Source: a virus
Taxonomy: Duplodnaviria; Caudoviricetes
Direction: 5' to 3' (one strand)
IMG/VR virus record: IMGVR_UViG_3300037422_000132
Coordinates: 1-63,153 of that record
DNA length: 63,153 nt
Shown here: piece by piece, positions 37,119-47,246 of the stretch
How the letters are laid out: each line of letters starts with the position of its first letter
Position numbering within the stretch: position 1 is the first letter of the stretch
Position numbers and translations under genes: made by a program
The notes under the pieces: model-generated
Told to the model about the DNA's origin: nothing
What the model saw: the letters and a program-made list of their open reading frames with translations, nothing else
Database searches by the model: none

Positions 37119-38741
37119 CTATACCAAGTAAGCGCGATCCGTTTCAGCCGTCAAGGTAATGGAAATGGCCTTGCTTTGCGTGATCGTCCCGGTGGCCACG
37201 ACCGGCTTCGCGCTGCCGGGGTTGCCGGCCACGACCGTGACCTCCGCGTCGGTGCCGGGGGTCCGGCCGCCCTGGTTGTTATTCGAATAGTCGAAGGTAA
37301 ACGCGATCTGTGCGGCGCTGATCGTCCCGGCGATGTCCACGGCGTCCTTGTCGTCCACCGTCACGGCCCCGGACTCGCCATAATCGTTGCCGGCGCCGGG
37401 AAGGGTCGTGAAAAACGCCCGGTAATAACCGCCCACCAGGTTGGCGCTGAAATTGAGGTTGCCCGCTGAAGCGTAGGGGTACTCGCGCGAGGTTCCCGTG
37501 TTGTCCCAAAAAACGATGCTGTTAAGATCGGCCGCCCGGATCCCCTGCACCAGCACGCCGGTCCCGCCGCCGTTGGGGTTGGTCGGCGTGTAGAACCCGC
37601 ACTTGAGCGAATCGCCGACGAAGTTGAGCAACAGCCCGGCCGTGGCCCCGGTCACGCTCCCGGACACCGCGTTGATGTTGGAGTTCTGCCGCAGCAGGTA
37701 CTGAATCTTGGTGTAAATCTCGGCGAGGGTCGCCGACACAGGCGTTGCCCGTTGCGCCGTGAAGGACAGGTTCGACCCGCTGGCGATCGTGCCGGTGACG
37801 GTAATCGTGGTCGCCGTGTTGCTCACGATCGGAAAGGTGACATTTTTATCGCTGCCCTCATAGATGGTGAGCACGCCGCCCGCGAACTCGTTGACGGCCA
37901 TGGCGCTGCCGGCGCTGGTCAGCACCGAGGCCCCGCCGGGGGCTGAACCGTCCACGCCGGAGTTGGTACCGACATCGATCACGATGCCGAAGCTGCGGCT
38001 CGTGGACGAATCGACATCGCGGGTGAACGCCTGCCCGAAGTATTTGACGTCGATTTCTGTGAACGGCGCGTTGGCCGCCACGTTGATGTCGGTATCCTCG
38101 ATGTTGAGGTCCGCGCCCACCGCGATCGGCAGCGCGACCTTGTAGGCCCCGGTCGCGGTTTCGCCGACATCCCCCAGGATCGCATCGTCGTAGAGGTATT
38201 GATATTCGCGGCAGAAAAGTTTGAAAAAAGCGCGCTCGTCGAAATTACCGTTGCTCGCATCCCCGTAGACCTGGATCGCCTCGTTCGGCGCGTCGGTGAA
38301 GGTAAAGTTCGCTTTGGCCCCCGTGCTGGTGCGCTGGTAGTAGAACTGCGCCCCGGTCGGGAACCCGGAGGCGAGCGCGACCATGCCGACGTACTGGCGG
38401 TTCAGCACCCCGGCCACACTGTATTCACTCCAGCCGGCATCGCGGATCATCTGCCGGGTCGCGTCATTGCTCGGTTTCCACCCGGTATATTTTCCGCCAG
38501 GATCCTGGCCGAAAACGTACTGACCGGACCGGGCGTCGAGGACGTTCATCGGAAAGTCAAACGGCTGATACGTCGTGCCGCTGGACCAAAGGTCAATGAA
38601 TTTGGCCCAAAGGGCATTCCCGGTCACGCCGTCTTTGGCGACCAGGTTTCCGGCCACGTTCAGCGTGAACGTCTTTGCGCTTGTATCCATGGTCAGCTCG
38701 GTGCCAACATTGAGATCATCGGGGTCTACGATCTTGGCCAT
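37119..38741 (-). CDS. Virion structural protein (fibre or spike cassette)
   Basis: Thr/Gly/Ala-rich beta protein, AGGAGG RBS. Confidence 0.65.
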   Translation of the reverse strand: MAKIVDPDDLNVGTELTMDTSAKTFTLNVAGNLVAKDGVTGNALWAKFIDLWSSGTTYQPFDFPMNVLDARSGQYVFGQDPGGKYTGWKPSNDATRQMIRDAGWSEYSVAGVLNRQYVGMVALASGFPTGAQFYYQRTSTGAKANFTFTDAPNEAIQVYGDASNGNFDERAFFKLFCREYQYLYDDAILGDVGETATGAYKVALPIAVGADLNIEDTDINVAANAPFTEIDVKYFGQAFTRDVDSSTSRSFGIVIDVGTNSGVDGSAPGGASVLTSAGSAMAVNEFAGGVLTIYEGSDKNVTFPIVSNTATTITVTGTIASGSNLSFTAQRATPVSATLAEIYTKIQYLLRQNSNINAVSGSVTGATAGLLLNFVGDSLKCGFYTPTNPNGGGTGVLVQGIRAADLNSIVFWDNTGTSREYPYASAGNLNFSANLVGGYYRAFFTTLPGAGNDYGESGAVTVDDKDAVDIAGTISAAQIAFTFDYSNNNQGGRTPGTDAEVTVVAGNPGSAKPVVATGTITQSKAISITLTAETDRAYLV

Positions 38742-38754
38742 TTAAAAAATCCTC

Positions 38755-41421
38755 CTAAGCAAGATAGAATCGGTCCACTACCTGTGAAATCGGTACGCTC
38801 GCGTCCGCGTTGCTCTTGGTGTAGGCGCGAATGTAAAACGGCACATAGCCCGCCTTGAAAATACCTATGTCGATCGAATTGCCCGCCTCGCTCGCCGGGT
38901 AGTCGTAGACGTAGGACGTGCCGGCGAGATCCTGCGAGGACTCGATAACCGTGGTGGTTCCCGCCTCATAAATTACAATGTCGCTGCCCGTGACGATCGG
39001 AGTGATGGTGAGGTTACGGGCGTTTACCACGGTCACGGTGGCGCCGGCCGTGCGGATGCTGGGGGTCGATCCGCCTCCGGTTATGCTGATTTGCATGGTC
39101 CCCGATCCGATGTTGACGTAGATCGCCTCGTTGCCGGTGCTGCCGTCGCTCGCCGCGTAGCCGCTGAACTGGCAGCCCTCCAGGCTGAAATCCGCCGCGC
39201 TGCCGGAAATCTCGATGGCATGTTGCGTTCCGGTGGTCTTCGTAAAAGCACATCTCTTGATCTTGGCGGCGTTCGCGGGCGACGATGCCGCGATCTTGGT
39301 ATTGGTGAAGCTGCAATCCTCTATCTCGGCCCCGTTCTGCGTGAACACCGGGCAGTTGATAAAGGCCATGTTGGCGAATGCGGTGTTCAGGTCGCGCAGG
39401 GTGACGTTGGCGTTGATGACCGTGCAGCCGGTGAAGTCGATGGTTGCGTTGGCGGCCGTCGAGGCGTCCCACTCCCAGCGGTAGCGGCTGGGGCTGGTGA
39501 AAACGGAGTTGGTTATTTTGATGGAGTCGCCGCTTTTCGGGTAGAACTTGACGCCGGCCACGTCCTCGGCCGCGTTCCAGCCGAAATTGTTCTGTCCGTC
39601 ATACCGGGTCGGGAACTGGAAGGTGTTCAGGTCGCAACTGATCGCCACCGGGTCCCCGCCGCCGAATTGTAGCGGCGCCCAAATCAGCACCGCCGCGCCC
39701 GATTGTTGGATGTGCGGAAACAGGCCGACGCAGTTGTTGGCCACATAGGCGATGTCGTCCAGATTGAGAGGCAGCGCGGCAGTCCCGCCGGCCACGCCGA
39801 TCCGCGTGACCAAGTTCAGCATGGACCACTGCACGGCCGCGGCCCCGAACTGGCCGAGGGTGGACAGATACGCCCGCGTGACCGCGCTTTTGTTGACGCT
39901 GCCTCTCGTCGCCCATGGCGCCGCCGATCCGTTCCAGTCGATCGCCCACACCGATCTGCCGTCGAGATCCAGGTTTTTGCATCCGCGCGCGCCGATTTTG
40001 TACGATGCATAGTTGAGGTTCGTGTCCATGAGCGTGACCTGGACCCCGCCCGCGTAGTTGACCGGCAGCCCGATGTCCACCGCGAAGTCCCGCGCCAGTA
40101 CCGGCCGGATCGTGCCGAGAATGATGCCGGTGTCCATGTCGAGCGCGGCGCCGAACAGAATTTCCGGCCCATTCAAAGTGGTGGTCGAGGACGCGCCGGC
40201 ATTCTGACAGGCATCCGTATAGGGGTTGGTCCCTCCATCGCCGGCGGCCGACGCCACGATGTAGGCCGCCGGGTGCCCGTTCGCCCGGCCCTGCGACACG
40301 ATGACCGCCGTGGTGTAGGCCGTGCCGATGTTGGCCCGCACCCAATACTTGGTCACGCTGTTCACGGAAACCTGGGCCATCGCCGCTTTGATGGCCGCGC
40401 CGAAGTCGAGCCGCTGCCAGCCGGTCGCGGCCAGGTTGTTGGTCGGCATCCCCGTTGAGGACCATACGGCCCCCGTGTAGTACTCCCAGGCGATCGTGCC
40501 GGTGACTCCCGCGGTCGATACGTTCAGCATCAGGATCTGCCAGGGTGAGTCGAACCCGAAATAGACGAAATCGGTTCCGGCCGTCGGAAACGTCACATCG
40601 GCCGCCGTGGGGTTGTTGAGGGCGGTCAGGATGCTGGTGAACACCCCGGGACCGACATCCGTATAAGCGTCCGTGAAATCGGCGCCGATGGCCGTCAACT
40701 GCACGGAGGTCGGCCATGAATCGCCGAACATGGTGCCGAGCCCTACCAGCGGGCGCAGATGGGTGGCGGCGCTGACGGCCGGGTCGGAATAGCGCGGCAC
40801 GCTCGCCCCGCTCGAACCGTCCTTGACCGCGACCACCACGCCCCGGCCGTCATCGTTGCCCCGGCCGAACCACGAGGCCGCCGCAACGGCGCCGGCTGCT
40901 TTCTGGAACGTATAGGCAACCGCTGTGCTGTTGGCCCCGTTGTCGCCGGCGTGCAGATTGACCAATGGTGGATAAGCGGTGGGGCTAAGGCCGGAGTCGG
41001 TGAACCAGGCATGCAGGATCAGGCAATTGGTTTCGGCCCCGGTATTGCTCGATGGGCCGTCAAAGGGCATGGCCGTGTCGTCGCCTGCGCTCTCGGCGCT
41101 CGCGGCAATCGGTGTAGATGTCGGCGCGCCTTCGATGGAGACCACCACGACATTCCAGTTTTCGGTGGTGGGGGTGGTCAGCGTCAAAGCCTCTGCCGCG
41201 CTCGCGGCCACTTTCCACCCGCACCGATACGCCGCGCCGGCCGAAACGCCGTCCTGCAGGCTCGTCCACCCGGCGGCGGGGTCGTTCACGACCGGGGTGC
41301 CGTCCTTGCTGGCGAAATACAGCAGCAGGTCGTTCGCCTGATGGACCGGCATGTTGCAGACGAGCGAAGCCGTGGTCGCCGTGCCGTACTCTGTAACTGC
41401 GAAGTCGCGGATCTTGGCCAT
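38755..41421 (-). CDS. Tail spike or fibre-like protein with C-terminal beta-helix
   Basis: Repeating FTGCT/AFINC/EDCSF/KRCAF/EGCQF rungs; Ala/Gly/Thr-rich. Confidence 0.7.
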   Translation of the reverse strand: MAKIRDFAVTEYGTATTASLVCNMPVHQANDLLLYFASKDGTPVVNDPAAGWTSLQDGVSAGAAYRCGWKVAASAAEALTLTTPTTENWNVVVVSIEGAPTSTPIAASAESAGDDTAMPFDGPSSNTGAETNCLILHAWFTDSGLSPTAYPPLVNLHAGDNGANSTAVAYTFQKAAGAVAAASWFGRGNDDGRGVVVAVKDGSSGASVPRYSDPAVSAATHLRPLVGLGTMFGDSWPTSVQLTAIGADFTDAYTDVGPGVFTSILTALNNPTAADVTFPTAGTDFVYFGFDSPWQILMLNVSTAGVTGTIAWEYYTGAVWSSTGMPTNNLAATGWQRLDFGAAIKAAMAQVSVNSVTKYWVRANIGTAYTTAVIVSQGRANGHPAAYIVASAAGDGGTNPYTDACQNAGASSTTTLNGPEILFGAALDMDTGIILGTIRPVLARDFAVDIGLPVNYAGGVQVTLMDTNLNYASYKIGARGCKNLDLDGRSVWAIDWNGSAAPWATRGSVNKSAVTRAYLSTLGQFGAAAVQWSMLNLVTRIGVAGGTAALPLNLDDIAYVANNCVGLFPHIQQSGAAVLIWAPLQFGGGDPVAISCDLNTFQFPTRYDGQNNFGWNAAEDVAGVKFYPKSGDSIKITNSVFTSPSRYRWEWDASTAANATIDFTGCTVINANVTLRDLNTAFANMAFINCPVFTQNGAEIEDCSFTNTKIAASSPANAAKIKRCAFTKTTGTQHAIEISGSAADFSLEGCQFSGYAASDGSTGNEAIYVNIGSGTMQISITGGGSTPSIRTAGATVTVVNARNLTITPIVTGSDIVIYEAGTTTVIESSQDLAGTSYVYDYPASEAGNSIDIGIFKAGYVPFYIRAYTKSNADASVPISQVVDRFYLA

Positions 41422-41858
41422 TACTTATCCTCTCGCTTCACCGTGACCTTATTCATGCGCCCGTACCCGTCTCGGTGGATGGTGAGCTCTAGAGCGTCCC
41501 AATTGGCCCGCTCAACATGCACGACCGGGGCGGCCACGTTGACCGTCGGCGCCGGGGCTCCGGCCATTTGACGAGCGATCGACTCCAATCCCTTTCGAAT
41601 GAGGTCGTTCAATTCGACCACACGCGCCATGACCGCCGCCATCGACCGGCCGGCATCCGGGTCCGGCCGATTGGCCGTCTCGATCACTTTCAAGGTTGAC
41701 GCTTGCAATTCACCCAGCTTTGAAATCGACTCGGAAATGGCCCTTAGAATGTCCTCCGGCTTGGGGGGCTCCGGCGGCTTCTCATCGGCCAGCCGAACAA
41801 CCTTAATCCGGCCGGAATCGATTTCGCCCTGATCGACTTTTTCTAGGAATTTAGGCAC
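41421..41858 (-). CDS. Cassette lead protein (helical region, APxVxV repeats, RDxxGR hairpin)
   Basis: GGAGG RBS, GTG start overlapping the upstream gene end. Confidence 0.7.
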   Translation of the reverse strand: MPKFLEKVDQGEIDSGRIKVVRLADEKPPEPPKPEDILRAISESISKLGELQASTLKVIETANRPDPDAGRSMAAVMARVVELNDLIRKGLESIARQMAGAPAPTVNVAAPVVHVERANWDALELTIHRDGYGRMNKVTVKREDK

Positions 41859-44800
41859 TCCAATAACCTCCGGGCAAAATCAAGCTGTTTTTCGTTCTCG
41901 GCTAAGGCAACGTCGGCCTTTTCCTTGACATGGTAATGGTTGCCCTGAGAATCCACCGCCGGGACAGAAACCTCGATTTCAGCAAGCCTTTCCTGGCGCC
42001 CTTTTTCGATGAACGCATCTTTGGCCTCTTGGCGCCTGGCTCTTTGATCTGCCAAAAAGGTTGAGTTCATAGCATCATGCCAGAATGACGCCGTACCCCA
42101 GCCGCCGCCCTCTGGATGCTCAGTTGAGTTGATCCGCTTTTTTTCTTCGTCGGTGAGGGCGTCGGTAAACTGAATCCCGTTGCTGTAGAAAAGCGCCTTG
42201 ACAGCCAAATCCTGAAGACTTTCTGGAATCTCAATCGGCGGCTTGGGTTTCGGTAACCCTTTGCGCAACCGTTCGGCCGTCTCCGGGTCCACCTCTTTCC
42301 ACCCGCGTTCCTTGGCGTACTCGGCAAGGGCCGCTTCGGCTTCCTCCCTAGTGTCAAACCATCGATCGATGCCGCGCATCCGGGTGCCGGGCTTTTTGTC
42401 GGGCTTGTGGCTCCTGAAAAAGCTAAAGTTTCCCTGCGGGCCTTTGGCCACATGGACGATTTTATCCGCCCGCTCGTCGTAGTAGCGCGCTCCCTGCTTT
42501 GGCTCCTGGGCCTTGCCCTCTAAGCCGGAAATCATGGCTTCAAGACGGGCGATCGCCGGGCGCATGGCCGCTTGATGGGCGTCTGCTTCAACGAAGCTGT
42601 CGCCGTGCTCCAGGCTTTTTTGAGCATATTCCAAAAGCTGAGTCAGCCCGGCCTTTAGCGCTTGCTCCCTGGTGTCGAAATGCCGATCACGGACGCTCGG
42701 ATAGCTGCCGCCGCCTTCATGCGAACCATAGAGCCTTCCGTACTCGACCCCATAAACCCATTTATTGTCAGCCGATTGGGCCAAGTAGACCTTGAATTTC
42801 CACTTCGGCGCCTTGCGGGTGTCTTCAATCCCCACGGTTTCCGGCTTGGTGTAAACGCCATGCTCGTTCAGGTGATAGGGATTCGAGGGATGGTTGCCGT
42901 AAACCTGTGCTGCGGTTTCGCGGGCGAAGGAATCAACGAGGGAATCCTCATCGGGGTAGGCATTCAGGACGTTTTCCATGCTCCCAAGCTTGTCCACGCG
43001 CTGCCGGATAAAAACCCTCTGCTCCGTGCTCAATCCCTCTGGCTGTGTTTCAGGCTTCTCCGTCCTACCTTTTGGCCCTGTTTCAGTAGGCTTCTTTGGG
43101 GCCGTCGTTTCCTTGCGGTACTTGGCAACAAGCTTTTCTAATTGATACAACGCCTTGGATGGGCTTTCCTCGGCCGTCTTGCTCTTATAGTAGAACTCGA
43201 CCGCTTTTTTCTCATCATCGGTCAATTCGTTGAAATAGGCATCAAGCCGGGCCTTGGCCTTCTCTTTTTTGGTCTGAGGCGGTTTTTTGAGTTCTTCGCT
43301 GGGCTTTTCGGGCTCGATGACCGGCTTTTCTTCCTCCCTTGGCTTCTCCTGGGGCTCTTTGGCGGGCGCTTCCCCCTCGGTGGCCTCTACTGGCTTGCTC
43401 TTGTCGAAGTCTTCGGCTGAAGGCTCTCTACGGTCCTCTGCCTCTGACATTTTGCGGATTTCGGGCCACGACTTTCCTTGATCGAGCATTTCAGGGTTAT
43501 CGGCCAAAACCCGGCGCATAGCTTTTTCAACGTCGGCCTGTTGCTCCGGTGGCACGACACGATCCAGCCATGCCTTAAAATGGGCCTCCGTGTCCTCGTC
43601 CATATTAAACGTTGTTTCACGGGGAACTTTTTGCTGCGGCGGGGGCTCTTTGGGCGCAATTTTTTGATCGTAGTCGCTCGGCCCCATGTCCTCCGGTATG
43701 CCTTCGTCCAGGATTTCACCAATGGTTTTGGACTTGGGCTTCTTTTCGCGCCGGATGAATTCATTGAAAGTTTCAGCCAATGCGTCCTGAACGGCATTGA
43801 TGTCCCGGTAATAGCTGGCATTTGCGATTTTCTGACCGCGCAAGCTTTTCCTGATTTTTTCAATAAGTTCGGTTACGATTTTCGCTATTTGCTGCGCGAT
43901 GGTCGGGTCTTTTTCGTTAAGCTTTTTCCAAAATTCCGGGTTGGTGAATTGCTGGCCGGCGAAATCGGCCATGTATTCGTAACGTACTCGCGGATCATCG
44001 GCCGCCAAGGGTTGAAGACCGGCTTTCTGGCGCCCGGCGTTTTCATCGGCAAGGAACGCTTCAAACTTGGTTGCAAGCCCATCGGTGGCCGCGCTCATCT
44101 TCTCCCAAAGATCGGGATACTCGGTGTGCATGCGGTGAAAGGTTTCATGGCCAAGGATCGTCAAATACGGCTTAGAGGTTTTTTGGTTGACAAAAATCGT
44201 TCCGGTCTGCGGGTCATAGGCGCCGTTGAACCCGTTAAGCTTGGTGTCTTTAGGCGCTTTGAAAAAGGCCGTCTTTACGCCGATCGCTGCCGCTACCCGC
44301 TGGATCGACTCGATTTCAGGGGTCATGTCGGCCGCTTCGGCTTGCTCGGCGTCCGGGACATGCGGCCCCAAGTAGGTCTTTAGAGCTACAATGTCCTCGT
44401 CGGTTGCTGCCCGCACGGGCGCCGCCGGCTCCGTTCCGGGTGCCTCGCTGGCCTGTCGGACGGTAATGGCGCTGTCCCAAATTTCAGGCGTCGGAGGGTT
44501 AGCCGCGTCGTAATCATCGACCATTTTTTGAAGACGATCGCGCACGGGGTTCCCCTGGGCCATTTGCGCAATCATTTCGTTCAGGTCGTCGGTGTTGATA
44601 TTGCCCGATGTGAAATTGGATTCAATCTCATTCATCCACCGATCGATTACCGGCTGAATAGCCTCCCTGGCCTTTTGCTCTTTGCCTTTGGCGGTAAGCT
44701 TGCTGGCCGCCGACGTTCCGGCGCTGGCGAGCAAACCCATAGCCGCCGTGTTGATAAGAGTCTGAGGGGCAACCTCGACCAAGGCATCCGTGAAACTGAG

Positions 44801-45967
44801 GGCGCCCGGACGTAGTCCGTACTTGGCTTCGATCGCTGATTGCTTGGTGGCCGTCCACGCCTCCGTGAGCATTTCCTCGGTCAGCATGGCTCCGGCTTTC
44901 GCAACCGGAACCCCCAGCTTGAAAGCCAAATTCTTTCCGGCCGCCGCCGCGATCCGCTCACTGATTTGGGCAAGAGTCGATTTGACCCCCAGCTTAGCCA
45001 TTTGGGTCGTACCGAATTTGCCAGCGCCCGCAATGCCCATCGTAAGAAGGTTTCCCACGGTTTCCGGGAAGGCTTCCCAAAGGCCGTACAGGTTGGCATC
45101 CTGTTCAAGCTCTTTGTAAATTTCGGTCCAAAGCTTTTCGTTTTTGGGGTTGATGTCGGGAAAGTCTTTCTTGAACGCCTCGTAGAAAATATCGATGAAT
45201 TGATCCTTGGAAGCACCAACGGATGTCGCCGTACCTCCAATCAAGCCGCCTGCCGTCGCACCGACAAGGGGAAGGGTGGCGCCGCCGGTCGTCGGAGCCA
45301 AAACAAGCCCGGCCGTCATGCCGGCCGCCGCGCCGGCCCCGGTCGAAAACATATTTGCAATCGAATAGGCGATGTTCTGAGGCGCGTCCTCGGCATCGCC
45401 ATAGGTCACCTTTTGCCCGGTAAAGGGCATCGTGAACCATGTCTTTTTACGGTCTTCCTCGCTGAGAACCTTGGCTTTTTTCCCCTCCAGCCGGTTTTCC
45501 TCGATCCAGTTGTCCAGCCATCCGGTTTCCAGGGTCTTGCGCCCGGATCGGATCGACCGACCCACGGTTTCGGGCAAAGCGTCGGTGAGCATGCTCGGAC
45601 CCTGGCGAAGAAGCGCACCAAGCCCACCGACAAAGGTTCCACGGGTTTTAAGTTCCGGGTCGTTTCGGTCCCAAACCGCCGCCATGTTCTCGCCCGTGAT
45701 TGTATCCACGTTGTCGATATAGCGATTTGGATGGGTTTCTTTCTTAAACTGGCTCGGCCAATGGTAGGACGCCGACATTTCATCCCATTCAGGGGATATA
45801 TTGGCCTGATAAGCGGCGCGATAATCGTAATGATGCTCAGGGGCATCCGGGTTTTGGTCCAACCCGATCGTTCCAGCCCATCGGCCATACCAATCCTGAA
45901 AGCCGCGCTCGTCAAACTGATTGCCCTCGTAGGGGACTTCGGGCTCTTGGCGTTCTTCATCGATCAT
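41843..45967 (-). CDS. Large ejection/polyvalent protein, 1374 aa, with zincin-like metallopeptidase domain
   Basis: Gly/Ala hydrophobic membrane-type segment; NGAYDP..IFVN..GHETFH..EYMAD; N-terminal YDYRAA..HWPSQFK..HP domain. Confidence 0.8.
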   Translation of the reverse strand: MIDEERQEPEVPYEGNQFDERGFQDWYGRWAGTIGLDQNPDAPEHHYDYRAAYQANISPEWDEMSASYHWPSQFKKETHPNRYIDNVDTITGENMAAVWDRNDPELKTRGTFVGGLGALLRQGPSMLTDALPETVGRSIRSGRKTLETGWLDNWIEENRLEGKKAKVLSEEDRKKTWFTMPFTGQKVTYGDAEDAPQNIAYSIANMFSTGAGAAAGMTAGLVLAPTTGGATLPLVGATAGGLIGGTATSVGASKDQFIDIFYEAFKKDFPDINPKNEKLWTEIYKELEQDANLYGLWEAFPETVGNLLTMGIAGAGKFGTTQMAKLGVKSTLAQISERIAAAAGKNLAFKLGVPVAKAGAMLTEEMLTEAWTATKQSAIEAKYGLRPGALSFTDALVEVAPQTLINTAAMGLLASAGTSAASKLTAKGKEQKAREAIQPVIDRWMNEIESNFTSGNINTDDLNEMIAQMAQGNPVRDRLQKMVDDYDAANPPTPEIWDSAITVRQASEAPGTEPAAPVRAATDEDIVALKTYLGPHVPDAEQAEAADMTPEIESIQRVAAAIGVKTAFFKAPKDTKLNGFNGAYDPQTGTIFVNQKTSKPYLTILGHETFHRMHTEYPDLWEKMSAATDGLATKFEAFLADENAGRQKAGLQPLAADDPRVRYEYMADFAGQQFTNPEFWKKLNEKDPTIAQQIAKIVTELIEKIRKSLRGQKIANASYYRDINAVQDALAETFNEFIRREKKPKSKTIGEILDEGIPEDMGPSDYDQKIAPKEPPPQQKVPRETTFNMDEDTEAHFKAWLDRVVPPEQQADVEKAMRRVLADNPEMLDQGKSWPEIRKMSEAEDRREPSAEDFDKSKPVEATEGEAPAKEPQEKPREEEKPVIEPEKPSEELKKPPQTKKEKAKARLDAYFNELTDDEKKAVEFYYKSKTAEESPSKALYQLEKLVAKYRKETTAPKKPTETGPKGRTEKPETQPEGLSTEQRVFIRQRVDKLGSMENVLNAYPDEDSLVDSFARETAAQVYGNHPSNPYHLNEHGVYTKPETVGIEDTRKAPKWKFKVYLAQSADNKWVYGVEYGRLYGSHEGGGSYPSVRDRHFDTREQALKAGLTQLLEYAQKSLEHGDSFVEADAHQAAMRPAIARLEAMISGLEGKAQEPKQGARYYDERADKIVHVAKGPQGNFSFFRSHKPDKKPGTRMRGIDRWFDTREEAEAALAEYAKERGWKEVDPETAERLRKGLPKPKPPIEIPESLQDLAVKALFYSNGIQFTDALTDEEKKRINSTEHPEGGGWGTASFWHDAMNSTFLADQRARRQEAKDAFIEKGRQERLAEIEVSVPAVDSQGNHYHVKEKADVALAENEKQLDFARRLLECLNS

Positions 45968-45971
45968 TGGC

Positions 45972-47246
45972 TTACCCCTTCAACTCGTCCAGCCACACGA
46001 AGGATCCGTCCTCCATTTTTCCCACAAGCCTCCCGGTGCGCTCATCGCGTCTGACGGCAACCGGCTTGCCTTTGGGATGGGGCTTGTATTTGAACTCCTG
46101 GCCCTCGACCGTTTCTTTCGGCTTTTTGGGCTCAACTTTCGGAATACGGCTCGATGGGGTATCGGCCTTGCTCGACTCCGGCGGCTGGGACGGTAGCTTC
46201 CCGGTAACGACTTTCGGCTGATCTGCTGGCTTCGGCGCAACCAAATCAGCCGCTTTCGGCGCATTGGAATGAGAGGCAACCGTTTCGTTCGGAAGGGTCT
46301 TCTTGAGCCGATAATTTTGATCGGTTTTCATCAGGATGTTATGGGCTTCCTGATTGATAAATTTAAGCTGCTCGGCAAGTTCCAGGAATTCGGCCTCAAA
46401 TTCCTCCGGCACTTCGGATGCTCCGGCCTGGGTCGCCTTCTGCATAATTTCGCCTTGGCGCTTTAGGATGTCCCGCTTGGTCTTTTGAAGGTCGTCCATA
46501 CGTTTACGCATGTCCTTTGCGTCGGCCGTAGTTCCCTTGGATTGCGCCTGCTGCCTTTTGATACGGGCCTCGTGTTCCTTCGACTCGTTATCAAAATTTT
46601 TCATCATGAAGTTGTAGTAATCTATTTTTGTTTTCCGATCGCTCGTAACCCGGTCCTTCACATGCGCCCGGTAGCGCTTCAACTCATCTTGCCAGAAAGC
46701 CTGTTGTTTCTTGCTGAGACGCCCCCGGTCCTCCCAAATGGCTTGACCTTTAAAAACCTGATTGAATAATTGCGGAAGGCTCTCGGCCGTCAGTTTATCG
46801 ACTTCGAGCACCACGTCAATTTCAAAAGGGTTTCCACCCATGTTCTGAAAAACAACGCTTTCAAAACGCCTTCGATCGTATTGTGGCTGGCCCGGCTGGC
46901 CCGGAATCTCCGCTTGGCCCGGCTGGCCTTTCTGTGCCGCCGCCTCGGCCGCCGCTGAGTCCTGAATTGAACTCCCGCCATAACGGGCCTTGGTAACGTC
47001 GGCCTGCGCCTTGGCCAATCCAGGATCACGCATGTAGGGGGCAATGTCGGTTGATTGCAACTCGACCTGATCGGCCGGACGCCCTGATCCCGGCATAGGC
47101 TGTCCAACGGTCGCACTCCCGCCGTCGTCGAAAAAATACTGTTTCGGCTGGGCTTGGCTGGCGGAAAGGTCCACTTCCCCCGGCAATTCCTCTGCGCCAA
47201 TTTCGAAATTGTCTCGTAGCCTCATGGCGGTTCTCCTAATAGCCAT
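45972..47246 (-). CDS. Putative internal virion (ejection) protein
   Basis: Gln/Lys-rich helical, Cys-free, in ejection-gene position; start may be 47225. Confidence 0.65.
   Translation of the reverse strand: MAIRRTAMRLRDNFEIGAEELPGEVDLSASQAQPKQYFFDDGGSATVGQPMPGSGRPADQVELQSTDIAPYMRDPGLAKAQADVTKARYGGSSIQDSAAAEAAAQKGQPGQAEIPGQPGQPQYDRRRFESVVFQNMGGNPFEIDVVLEVDKLTAESLPQLFNQVFKGQAIWEDRGRLSKKQQAFWQDELKRYRAHVKDRVTSDRKTKIDYYNFMMKNFDNESKEHEARIKRQQAQSKGTTADAKDMRKRMDDLQKTKRDILKRQGEIMQKATQAGASEVPEEFEAEFLELAEQLKFINQEAHNILMKTDQNYRLKKTLPNETVASHSNAPKAADLVAPKPADQPKVVTGKLPSQPPESSKADTPSSRIPKVEPKKPKETVEGQEFKYKPHPKGKPVAVRRDERTGRLVGKMEDGSFVWLDELKG

Noticed and set aside
35740-41860. Split intein or intron joining the two giant genes
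   Set aside because: No intein blocks (no C-terminal HN followed by C/S/T, no N-terminal Hint domain), and the intervening DNA is filled with ordinary coupled genes
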